This document shows positions 1 to 7,788 of a stretch of 52,498 nucleotides of DNA, piece by piece (the first letter of the stretch is position 1; each line of letters starts with the position of its first letter). This DNA is from Clostridiales bacterium. Its GTDB lineage: Bacteria > Bacillota > Clostridia > HGM11327. The notes beneath the pieces were generated by a model. That model did not search any database, was not told the origin of the DNA, and was given only the letters and a program-made list of their open reading frames with translations. The translations under genes and the position numbers were made by a program. The stretch is from assembly GCA_015056385.1 (NCBI GenBank), contig SVGI01000003.1, positions 1 to 52,498 of the forward strand, read 5' to 3'.

Positions 1-66
1 AAATCCTCCTTTTGTGTTTTGGTTTGACTGGCAGGTCTCTCCTATCTTACCACAGTCGGAGGATTC
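1..66 (+). other. Nested stem-loop at the window edge, followed by CTTTTC. It is terminator-like, or part of an element extending left of the window.
   Basis: Arms AATCCTCC (2-9) and GGAGGATT (58-65) are complementary, as are the inner arms GACTG (26-30) and CAGTC (53-57). Confidence 0.3.
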
Positions 67-70
67 TTTT

Positions 71-121
71 CATCGGTTAACCTTTTTTGAACCACGCGAC
101 TATCGCGTGGTTTTCGGTATA
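71..121. repeat. Dispersed 51-nt element, copy A. It contains an intact hairpin AACCACGCGA-cta-TCGCGTGGTT followed by TTTTC.
   Basis: 44/51 nt are identical to 32533-32583 by manual alignment. Both copies abut the terminator of a minus-strand gene. Confidence 0.6.
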
Positions 122-122
122 C

Positions 123-154
123 AAAAACCCCGACAGTCATTCTAACTGCCGGGG
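123..154 (-). terminator. Intrinsic terminator downstream of the oxidoreductase gene
   Basis: CCCCGACAGT (128-137) pairs with ACTGCCGGGG (145-154) at 9 of 10 positions. A T-run follows on the minus strand (plus-strand AAAAA at 123-127). Confidence 0.6.
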
Positions 155-164
155 TATGCTTTTA

Positions 165-1130
165 TCAAAGCTCAACCGTTACGTTTTTCTCGTTGGAGAT
201 ATACGAGGCCTCAAGAAGGGCTGTAAGGGTAAGGGCATCATCAAAGCCCATATCCTTGGGTTCCTCACCCCCGTCTATCCACTGAACAAATTTTTCGATG
301 GGGGATTTTTCATCCTCGGGGATTATTTCAGGCTTACCGCCCTCATCAACGGAGCAATATCTCATATGCCCCCCTACAACTATAAAGCAGCCCTTTGTGC
401 CGTAAAGCTCAAGCATCCAGGGTGAGCCCTCTGCATCAAAGCCTGTTTCGCATACGCATACGGCACCGCCCTCAAATTCGATAGTTGAGGTGGAGCTTTC
501 GTCCATACCTGAATTAAGGGGCTGTGTCATTATTGAGGTTACGCGAAGGGGCTTGCCCAAGAGGTAGGATGAAAGATACATAGGGTGGCATCCCAAATCC
601 ATCATTGCGCCGCCGCCTGTTTTGGAATTATCGTACCAATAGTCGGGGAGCCAGTTTCCACTTACGCCGTTGTGAGCGTTGCGCAGGCGGAGATGTGAAA
701 TTTTACCCAGCCTGCCTTCATTAAGAAGCTTCTTTGCGTATTTTACTGATGCGGATGACTTCTGGGGCATTGAAATTATGAATTTAACGCCGTTTTCCTT
801 CATAACGCTTATAAGCTCCTCACACTCCTTAACGGTGGGGGCAAGGGCCTTTTCCGTAAATATGTGTATTCCCTTTTTTGCAACCTTCAAAAGAAGCTCG
901 TGGTGCATAGTTGTAGGTGAGCAGCAAATAACTGCGTCTATATCCCCTCTGCTGAGCATTTCATCAACGTCCTCGTAGAACTGTGCGCCGTGCTCCTGTG
1001 CCCATTTTTCGCCTCGTTCCTTTTTTTCATCCCATACGGCAACTATACGGCAGTGTCCGCTTTTTACAGCCTCCTCTGCGTAGCCCTGGGCGTGAACGTG
1101 CCATTTGCTCAATAATGCAATATTTATCAT
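165..1130 (-). CDS. Gfo/Idh/MocA family NAD(P)-dependent oxidoreductase
   Basis: The N-terminus is a Rossmann fold (MINIALLSKWHVHAQGY ... VAVWD), followed by EKAL/EKP-like and C-terminal alpha/beta domain patterns. The start was moved to the ATG at 1130, which is preceded by GAAGGAGG. The ORF track starts at 1148. Confidence 0.85.
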   Translation of the reverse strand: MINIALLSKWHVHAQGYAEEAVKSGHCRIVAVWDEKKERGEKWAQEHGAQFYEDVDEMLSRGDIDAVICCSPTTMHHELLLKVAKKGIHIFTEKALAPTVKECEELISVMKENGVKFIISMPQKSSASVKYAKKLLNEGRLGKISHLRLRNAHNGVSGNWLPDYWYDNSKTGGGAMMDLGCHPMYLSSYLLGKPLRVTSIMTQPLNSGMDESSTSTIEFEGGAVCVCETGFDAEGSPWMLELYGTKGCFIVVGGHMRYCSVDEGGKPEIIPEDEKSPIEKFVQWIDGGEEPKDMGFDDALTLTALLEASYISNEKNVTVEL

Positions 1131-1166
1131 ACGCTTATCCTCCTTCATTAGTATCCGTATCCCGAA

Positions 1167-2237
1167 TTATATTTCAAGATAAGGTATAGCGTTAAGGGTA
1201 AGGTCGTCCCTTTCCCCTCTTATAAGCCTGTAAAATCCCTCGCAGCCTATCATAGCTGCATTGTCCGTGCAGTATTTTATCTCGGGAGAATAAAAGGGTA
1301 TTCCCTTTTTCGCGCTTCGCGATATAAGGGCCTCCCTTAACATTTTATTTGCGGCAACTCCACCTGCAACGGCAAGAGAATATTTTTTACCGCCCTGATT
1401 AAGCTCATCCAAGGCTTCAAAGGTATTGTCTGCAAGCATTTGAACAACGGTTCTGTTAAACGAGGCGCATATATCCCTCATAGCAGCCTCGGACATATTC
1501 TTTTCGCCCCTTATAATATTCATTACCGCAGTTTTAAGGCCGCTGAAGGAAAAATCAAGCTGATTACCCTTCATTTTTGGGCGTGTAAAGGTGTATGCCC
1601 TTTCGTTTCCGCCCTCACCCATTTTCTGGATATGTATTCCGCCGGGGTAACCCAGGCCAAGCTCGCGGGATATTTTATCAAATGCCTCGCCTGCGGCGTC
1701 ATCGCGTGTGGCGGCTATCTGTGTAAATTCAGAATAGGAATCCACCCTTATAAGCTGTGAGTGGCCGCCCGAAACAACCAGGCACAGAAAAGGAGGCTCA
1801 AGCTCCTTATTTGAAATGTAGTTTGCGGCAATATGCCCGCGCATATGGTTTACGCCAACGAAGGGCACGTCAAGGGAAAGAGCAACGCCCTTTGCGGCGT
1901 TAAGCCCTACCAAAACAGCCCCTACAAGCCCCGGACCGTAGGTTGAAACAACGGCATCAATATCACCAAAGCCAACTCCCGCCTCTGCAAGGGCGCCCTT
2001 TGCCACAGCGGAAATGCTCTCTATATGCTTGCGGGACGCCACCTCCGGCACAACTCCGCCGTAAAGATTATGCACGGCTATCTGTGAGGCTGTAACGTTG
2101 GAAAGCACCTCTCTGCCGTTTTTCACCACTGCAACAGAGGTATCGTCGCAGGAGGTTTCAAATGCAAGGACTGTAGCCGCCTTTGATTCAACGATGCGTG
2201 AAAGCTTATTCTGTGTTCGTTTGAAATAGTCTGTCAT
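1167..2237 (-). CDS. tsaD: tRNA N6-adenosine threonylcarbamoyltransferase TsaD
   Basis: TsaD/Kae1 motifs are present: LAFETSCDDTSVAVV, HMRGHI, SGGHSQL and VAGGVAANKMLR. The protein has a roughly 20-aa N-terminal extension, so the start is a little uncertain. Confidence 0.9.
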   Translation of the reverse strand: MTDYFKRTQNKLSRIVESKAATVLAFETSCDDTSVAVVKNGREVLSNVTASQIAVHNLYGGVVPEVASRKHIESISAVAKGALAEAGVGFGDIDAVVSTYGPGLVGAVLVGLNAAKGVALSLDVPFVGVNHMRGHIAANYISNKELEPPFLCLVVSGGHSQLIRVDSYSEFTQIAATRDDAAGEAFDKISRELGLGYPGGIHIQKMGEGGNERAYTFTRPKMKGNQLDFSFSGLKTAVMNIIRGEKNMSEAAMRDICASFNRTVVQMLADNTFEALDELNQGGKKYSLAVAGGVAANKMLREALISRSAKKGIPFYSPEIKYCTDNAAMIGCEGFYRLIRGERDDLTLNAIPYLEI

Positions 2238-2240
2238 ATT

Positions 2241-2972
2241 TTATCCTATCCCCCAAAGCCCTGCGCCGTATATCACGCCTGCCACAGTAAATGCAATTAT
2301 GGCAAAAAGGGTTACGTACCTTTGAATGGGCTGTACCTTTTCCTTATTGAAGCCAACAACGAAGGCGGCTAAAAGACCGAACAAAAGGCCTACAAGGTGA
2401 GCCCAAAGGTCCACCCCCGGCTGTGTAATACCGATAAAAAAGTTTATACCCAAAACAACAAAAAGGGTAGGCCCGAAAATGCGCTTGAAAAGCTCCCTGC
2501 TTTTGAACCACAGATAAAAGAAGCCGCCTACTATTCCGAATATAGCCCCTGACGCCCCTGCGCCTATTGCGTTTGAAAACACAAAGCTTGCCACAGAGCC
2601 TGCTATACCCGAAATAATGTATATAATTATAAATCTTATTCTGCCGAACATCATTTCGGCGGTACGTCCGAAAACGTATATTGCCCAGCAGTTACACAAA
2701 AGGTGCACAACGCCTATGTGAAGAAACATACAGGTAAAAAGGCGCCAATACTGCCCAAGGCTTATAAGCACGTTTACCTTTGCGCCGAAAAGCACCAATG
2801 CCTCTGTCTGGGACAGGTCAAACACCTTTTGTACTACAAGCATAGCAAGGTATGCCAATATATTAAGCCCTATAAGCACATAGGTTACTATAGGTGTGGG
2901 GCGCTTTATTTTTACCCTTAATTCCTCCTCGTGCTCTGCCGACGTGCTTTCTTTATCGCTTCTGAATATCAT
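2241..2972 (-). CDS. Rhomboid family intramembrane serine protease
   Basis: It is a multi-TM protein with WRLFTCMFLHIGVVHLLCN and the catalytic GASGAIFG motif. Confidence 0.85.
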   Translation of the reverse strand: MIFRSDKESTSAEHEEELRVKIKRPTPIVTYVLIGLNILAYLAMLVVQKVFDLSQTEALVLFGAKVNVLISLGQYWRLFTCMFLHIGVVHLLCNCWAIYVFGRTAEMMFGRIRFIIIYIISGIAGSVASFVFSNAIGAGASGAIFGIVGGFFYLWFKSRELFKRIFGPTLFVVLGINFFIGITQPGVDLWAHLVGLLFGLLAAFVVGFNKEKVQPIQRYVTLFAIIAFTVAGVIYGAGLWGIG

Positions 2973-2978
2973 TTCACG

Positions 2979-4301
2979 TTATTTTCCTTTTTTCAAAATT
3001 TTATCCCCGGCCTTAAAGGTGTAGCTTCCGAGAATAGACGTATCGGGGATTATTATGTTTTCATCCTGGGTAAGAATATATACGGGTGTAAACACGTTTT
3101 TCTTTTCCACAAGGAGGTAAACACCCTTCTGGTCCCTTTTCTGTACTATACAGCTTTGGGGTATTACCATGCCCTGCCAGGTTTTTCTTATGTATATTGT
3201 GGCGGTGCGAAGCTTTACAAGCTCGGGGATATTCGCAGTAAGCTCTACTATAACGAAATTATCTATGCCGTCTATCTCGCACCTTGAAACAGTGGCGAAA
3301 TACTCCTCACCGTAGGGTGAAAATCTGAGGAGAATCTCGTCCCCCTCCTTAAGATAGGTAAACATTTCACCACCCGAAAACGCAAGGTAAAACTTGTTGG
3401 GATTTGTTACAAAATAAGCGCTTTTAGCCCTTTGAGAATCGTAGGCGGAGGAATCCGATACGATATTTTTATACATTCCCGCCGTAAGATAATCTATGGA
3501 GGAGCAGGTTATAACGTGGCCCCACCCGTCTGTATTATAGCTTACTATACCGGGGAAATCGCACAGAACGTCGTGGGTAGCGGACTTCATTTTATCCTTT
3601 ATCTGCTGCTCCTTAAGCAGATATTCGTTGAGCTGGGGAGCCATACCCGCCGCCTGAACAAGGTCGTCGCGCCGTGCATCAATAAGGGTATTAAGCTCTG
3701 AAAGCCCGCTTTTAACCTTTTCTATATTCCCCAGGGAGATGTTGTACACAACCTCCTTATTGATTATGTCTATCTGGGATTCTATAACCTCTACGGCGCT
3801 TAAAACAACGTCGTCCGTAATTATGCTTTTAAGGTATTCCACCGTGTTTTTACAGGCTATGGAATACTGTGAATACCAGTCGGGGTTGAATTCAATATCC
3901 TCGTAGGTCATTTCCACGTCGTCAATGTTAACGTAGGCGCCCTCCTCCACGGAAAACACAACACGGTCGTTCTCGCCTATAAGGTGAGCCTGCTCGTCCT
4001 TTATTACAAGAGCATTGGTTTCCTGGGTAAGCGTAATTGAGCTTGCCGCCATTGAATAGTAGTGGTCCTTCCCTGTAAAAAGGGATATTAAAAGAGATAT
4101 GAAAACTATGAACAGCACGAGTATTACCAGAAACCTGGGCTTTACCCTTACTGAGCCTATTTTTATGTATTTGGATTTTTTCTTTTTGCGGTTTATAAGC
4201 TGTTGTGTCCTTGGGGAAAGCCCGTCTGCGGAGCTGCCCTGATAGCTTTGCGGCCTGCCTTGAGGCTTGCCGTTAAGAGTGTCTGCATTTTTTTTAATCA
4301 T
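2979..4301 (-). CDS. Membrane-anchored protein of uncertain function, possibly HlyD/efflux-adaptor-like
   Basis: A 440-aa ORF with a basic N-terminus, one TM (FLVILVLFIVFISLLISLF) and a long extracytoplasmic region. No decisive motif was seen. Confidence 0.5.
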   Translation of the reverse strand: MIKKNADTLNGKPQGRPQSYQGSSADGLSPRTQQLINRKKKKSKYIKIGSVRVKPRFLVILVLFIVFISLLISLFTGKDHYYSMAASSITLTQETNALVIKDEQAHLIGENDRVVFSVEEGAYVNIDDVEMTYEDIEFNPDWYSQYSIACKNTVEYLKSIITDDVVLSAVEVIESQIDIINKEVVYNISLGNIEKVKSGLSELNTLIDARRDDLVQAAGMAPQLNEYLLKEQQIKDKMKSATHDVLCDFPGIVSYNTDGWGHVITCSSIDYLTAGMYKNIVSDSSAYDSQRAKSAYFVTNPNKFYLAFSGGEMFTYLKEGDEILLRFSPYGEEYFATVSRCEIDGIDNFVIVELTANIPELVKLRTATIYIRKTWQGMVIPQSCIVQKRDQKGVYLLVEKKNVFTPVYILTQDENIIIPDTSILGSYTFKAGDKILKKGK

Positions 4302-4539
4302 TCAGCAAGTACCTCCTTTTTTGCATATACATATTTATTATACATTATCCTTACACGCTTTACAAGGGTAAGAAGTACAGTTGAGCCCTTCTTATTACCC
4401 TTGTCGCAATAAACCTGTGTAACACGTCTTCAAGCAATCAAGCCTTTAAGTGTAGGATATCCAAACGCAAAAGTAATCCATATTTTTACCGGCGTTGCAA
4501 CAAATAAGCCCGCCAAGAAACATAAAAATTATTCTTTCA

Positions 4540-4567
4540 TTGACAAAAAAATATTGTGTATTATACT
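4540..4567 (+). promoter_or_regulatory. Candidate sigma-A promoter of glnA
   Basis: TTGACA (4540-4545), a 16-nt spacer, then TATACT (4562-4567), about 40 nt upstream of the glnA ATG. Confidence 0.5.
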
Positions 4568-4605
4568 TATAATATAACCTTACACAAAACAAGAGAGGTA
4601 TTTTT

Positions 4606-6030
4606 ATGGCAAAAACCGTTCAGGACATTCTTGCACTTATAAAAGAAAAGGATATTAAAATGGTGGACTTCAAAATGGTGGACATCAACGGCCAGTACCG
4701 CCACGTTACCATTCCCGCCCAGAACTTTTCAGAGGATACCATGAAAAGCGGCATCGGCTTCGACGCATCCAACTACGGATACGCAGTTGTTGAAAAGAGC
4801 GATATGGTATTTATACCCGACCCTGATACTGCAGTTATAGACCCATTTTGCGATATCCCCACCCTTTCCATGACGGGTAACGCAATGATTATAGACACTC
4901 CCGAAAACCGCCCCCTGGCGCAGTATCCCCGCAATATTATCAAGGCGGCTGTTGAATATATGAAAAACAGCGGTGTTGCAGATGAAATGAAGATTCTTCC
5001 CGAGTTTGAATTTTATCTCTTCGATAACGTCGGCTGGAACGTTGAGGGTAGATACATCGGCGCAAGCGTAGATGCAAAGCAGTCCTACTGGAATTCAGAC
5101 AGCGAGGGCCTTGGCGTTGTTGTTCCCAAGCAGAAAAACTACCACATTGCAAAGCCCTTTGATATTTCCTATGAGTGCCGCAGTGAAATGTGTATGCTTA
5201 TGAACGAGGCAGGCATTGAAATCAACTACCATCATCCCGAGGTTGCCGCATCAGGTCAGTTTGAAATTGAGCCTCAGCTTGGCGAGGTTGTACACATGGC
5301 AGATGCAACCATGATGATAAAATACATAATCCATAACACCGCACTTAAATACGGCAAGAGCGCAACCTTTATGCCCAAGCCCATATACGGCGAGGCAGGC
5401 AGCGGTATGCACGTTCATATGCTTCTTTTCAAGAACGGCGAGCCTGTTTTCTCCGATGACAACGGCTATTCACATTTAAGTAAAACCGCGCACTACTTTA
5501 TGGGCGGTATATTAAAGCATATCTCATCACTTTGCGCTTTAACAAACCCCAGCACGAACTCCTTCAAGCGCCTTGTTCCCGGCTTTGAGGCTCCTGTTAC
5601 AGTTGGCTATGCAACATCAAACAGAAGCGCCGTTATCCGTATTCCCGCTTATGCAAAGAGCCCCGACAAGCGCCGCTTTGAGCTTCGCAACCCCGACGCT
5701 ACCTGCAACCCCTATTTCTGCTATGCGGCAATTCTTATGGCAGGTCTTGACGGCGTTAAGAACAAAATCGATCCCCACGCAAACGGCTGGGGCCCCTATG
5801 ACGTAAACCTTTACAACCTCCCCGAGGAGGAAAAGGCAAAGCTTCAGGGCTTACCCGTATGCCTTGAGGATGCTCTTGACTGCCTTGAAAAGGATTACGC
5901 ATACCTTACAGAGGGCGGAGTATTCCCCGAGGAGCTTATACACAATTTTATAAAAACAAAGCGCGCGGAATGCAGACAGCTTTCAGCTATTCCCCACCCC
6001 GCAGAGTTTGAAAAATACTATAATCTTTGA
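4606..6030 (+). CDS. glnA: Type I glutamine synthetase (glutamate--ammonia ligase)
   Basis: GS signatures are present throughout: FDASNYGY, EFEFYLF, HHPEVAASGQFEI, KPIYGEAGSGMHVHM, NSFKRLVPGFEAP and SNRSAVIRIP. An NLYNLPEEE loop resembles the GSI-beta adenylylation loop. The RBS is GAGAGG. Confidence 0.93.
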   Translation: MAKTVQDILALIKEKDIKMVDFKMVDINGQYRHVTIPAQNFSEDTMKSGIGFDASNYGYAVVEKSDMVFIPDPDTAVIDPFCDIPTLSMTGNAMIIDTPENRPLAQYPRNIIKAAVEYMKNSGVADEMKILPEFEFYLFDNVGWNVEGRYIGASVDAKQSYWNSDSEGLGVVVPKQKNYHIAKPFDISYECRSEMCMLMNEAGIEINYHHPEVAASGQFEIEPQLGEVVHMADATMMIKYIIHNTALKYGKSATFMPKPIYGEAGSGMHVHMLLFKNGEPVFSDDNGYSHLSKTAHYFMGGILKHISSLCALTNPSTNSFKRLVPGFEAPVTVGYATSNRSAVIRIPAYAKSPDKRRFELRNPDATCNPYFCYAAILMAGLDGVKNKIDPHANGWGPYDVNLYNLPEEEKAKLQGLPVCLEDALDCLEKDYAYLTEGGVFPEELIHNFIKTKRAECRQLSAIPHPAEFEKYYNL

Positions 6031-6052
6031 TATTAAGTATTATATTTTACAG

Positions 6053-6081
6053 GGCAGAGAATTTTGTTCTCTGCCTTTTTT
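6053..6081 (+). terminator. Intrinsic terminator of glnA
   Basis: GGCAGAGAA (6053-6061), loop ttttg, TTCTCTGCC (6067-6075), then TTTTTT. Confidence 0.8.
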
Positions 6082-6147
6082 ATGCCTTCTTGTATTGCTT
6101 TTACTTATATGGTAACATAAGCGCATATTAAATCAAAAGGAATAATT

Positions 6148-6666
6148 ATGGTAACTTTAATATCGGGGGCATCCCATACGGGAAAAACCTTACTTGCACA
6201 AAGGCTTCTGGAGAAATATAAATATCCTTATTTGTCTATAGACCATATTAAAATGGGGCTTATACGCAGTAAAAACACCCACCTTACCCCTATGGATGAC
6301 GATAAGCTTACAGACTACCTGTGGCCTATTGTGCGCGAAATGATTAAAACCGCAATAGAAAACAATCAGAATTTAATTGTGGAGGGATGCTATATACCCT
6401 TTGACTGGCAAAAGGATTTCCACAGCATCTATCTTGAGCACATAAAATACTGCTGCCTTATAATGAGTGAGGATTATATACGTAACCACTTTGAGGACAT
6501 CACAGGCTATGCAGGTGTAATAGAGCGCAGGCCTTATGATGACTGTACCCTTACAGATACAATAAGGGACAACGCTAAAGCACTGTCCCTTGCAAAAAAG
6601 CATAACGTAAATTATATTCTTATTGATGATAAATACGAAATTGATTTTGATGACGTTTTAAGGTAA
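6148..6666 (+). CDS. P-loop NTPase/kinase-like protein (small AAA/2-phosphoglycerate-kinase-like)
   Basis: A Walker A motif GASHTGKT lies at the N-terminus of this 172-aa protein. Substrate specificity cannot be read from the sequence. Confidence 0.55.
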   Translation: MVTLISGASHTGKTLLAQRLLEKYKYPYLSIDHIKMGLIRSKNTHLTPMDDDKLTDYLWPIVREMIKTAIENNQNLIVEGCYIPFDWQKDFHSIYLEHIKYCCLIMSEDYIRNHFEDITGYAGVIERRPYDDCTLTDTIRDNAKALSLAKKHNVNYILIDDKYEIDFDDVLR

Positions 6667-6671
6667 GCACC

Positions 6672-7193
6672 TCAATTTTCCCACGCATCACCCTTTGCAT
6701 TTATATATAAGCCAACGTAGCCACACCAAGTATATCCCTCGGGAGGTGTTATATTGGCAGGCTCAACAAAAAGCCTTGTAACAGAATCCCTTACAAGTGT
6801 GCCGTTATTTATTTCATCACAATCGTATTCAAGGGTGTCATTATTCCACACCCAATTTGGTCTATATTTAAGGCGGGTTTCCTCATCAAGCTTATAAAAC
6901 GGAGTACCCACAGAATCTGTATTAACGTCGGGGGCAACCTCACCGTAGCTTGGGGACATAGGGTCAAATGCCTTAAAGCCGTCAAACACACCGCCTACAA
7001 ATAAGCCCAAAAGGGCACAGCCCACTAAAACAACGGATACAGAGGGTATGGCTACCAATTTCCACAAAGGCTTGCGCACTCTTTTTTCCTCGGCGCGCTC
7101 ACGCACGAGCATACGGGTACGCTCCTTAAGAAAATCATCTGCATTTATTTTATTCAACTCGTTTTTTATATCATTCTTCATAGCCTGTACCAT
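6672..7193 (-). CDS. Putative anti-sigma factor, single-pass membrane protein
   Basis: It overlaps the stop of the upstream ECF sigma gene. It has a cytoplasmic N-terminus, one TM (LVAIPSVSVVLVGCALLGLFVGGVF) and an extracytoplasmic C-terminus. The start is ambiguous (7214 TTG, 7193 ATG or 7181 ATG). Confidence 0.5.
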   Translation of the reverse strand: MVQAMKNDIKNELNKINADDFLKERTRMLVRERAEEKRVRKPLWKLVAIPSVSVVLVGCALLGLFVGGVFDGFKAFDPMSPSYGEVAPDVNTDSVGTPFYKLDEETRLKYRPNWVWNNDTLEYDCDEINNGTLVRDSVTRLFVEPANITPPEGYTWCGYVGLYINAKGDAWEN

Positions 7194-7725
7194 ATTCCTT
7201 AAGCAGCACCTCAAGCTGCTTTTTTGCCCTCATGCTTCTGCTTCTTACTGCGCTTTGTGTTATATTAAGCACACGTGATATGCTTTCGTTATCCATATCG
7301 TAGTAATACTGCATTAGTATTACCTCTCTGTATTTTATATCGAGGCTCTTTACCGCTGAAAGCACGCGGCTTTCCTTCTCCTCACGCTCGACCCTTTGGA
7401 AAGCACTCTCCGAGGTATCGGGGTAATTGCTTTCACCGTTTTCATCCTCAAAAAGACCCTCAGTGCGCCTTACCCACGCACTTTTAAGCATATCTTTACA
7501 TACGTTTCTCGCTATGGATAAAAGCCAATATTTCTCGTTGCCGCCATTCTTTTTTGTGTGAGCCTTATCAAGAGCCCTTAAAAAGGTTTCCTGAAAGGCA
7601 TCCTCTGCAAGGGAAATACTGTTAAGGTACACTCTGCAAAGCCTCAACACGTCGTCTGAATAATTATCTATCAGGCTTTCTGTAAAGGCAAGAGCATCGG
7701 CATTACGTAAATCCTTGGTACTCAT
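7171..7725 (-). CDS. RNA polymerase ECF-type sigma-70 family sigma factor
   Basis: Region 2 (DAFQETFLRAL ... YWLLSIARNVCKD) and region 4 (YREVILMQYYYDMDNESISRVLNITQSAVRSRSMRAKKQL) are recognisable. The start was moved to the ATG at 7725, which follows GGAAGGG. The ORF track starts at 7773. Confidence 0.85.
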   Translation of the reverse strand: MSTKDLRNADALAFTESLIDNYSDDVLRLCRVYLNSISLAEDAFQETFLRALDKAHTKKNGGNEKYWLLSIARNVCKDMLKSAWVRRTEGLFEDENGESNYPDTSESAFQRVEREEKESRVLSAVKSLDIKYREVILMQYYYDMDNESISRVLNITQSAVRSRSMRAKKQLEVLLKEYGTGYEE

Positions 7726-7788
7726 ATTATCCCTTCCGTTTATAAGACGAATGACCGATACGCTTTGTTGCATACGGCCATTTTTATT

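Noticed and set aside
87-425. A 112-aa plus-strand ORF at the window start
   Set aside because: It lies antisense to, and almost entirely within, the well-supported Gfo/Idh/MocA gene and its terminator. It has no RBS and is a shadow ORF.
4302-4605. GlnR/TnrA operator (TGTNA-N7-TNACA) or a glutamine riboswitch upstream of glnA
   Set aside because: The nearest candidates (for example TGTGTATTATACTTATA and TATAATATAACCTTACA) each fail one half-site. No structured leader is evident between the promoter and the RBS, a gap of about 35 nt.
6148-6666. The P-loop protein as a zeta-toxin-like toxin
   Set aside because: There is no adjacent small antitoxin ORF. The gene sits alone between glnA and a convergent anti-sigma gene. 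A Walker A motif alone is insufficient evidence.
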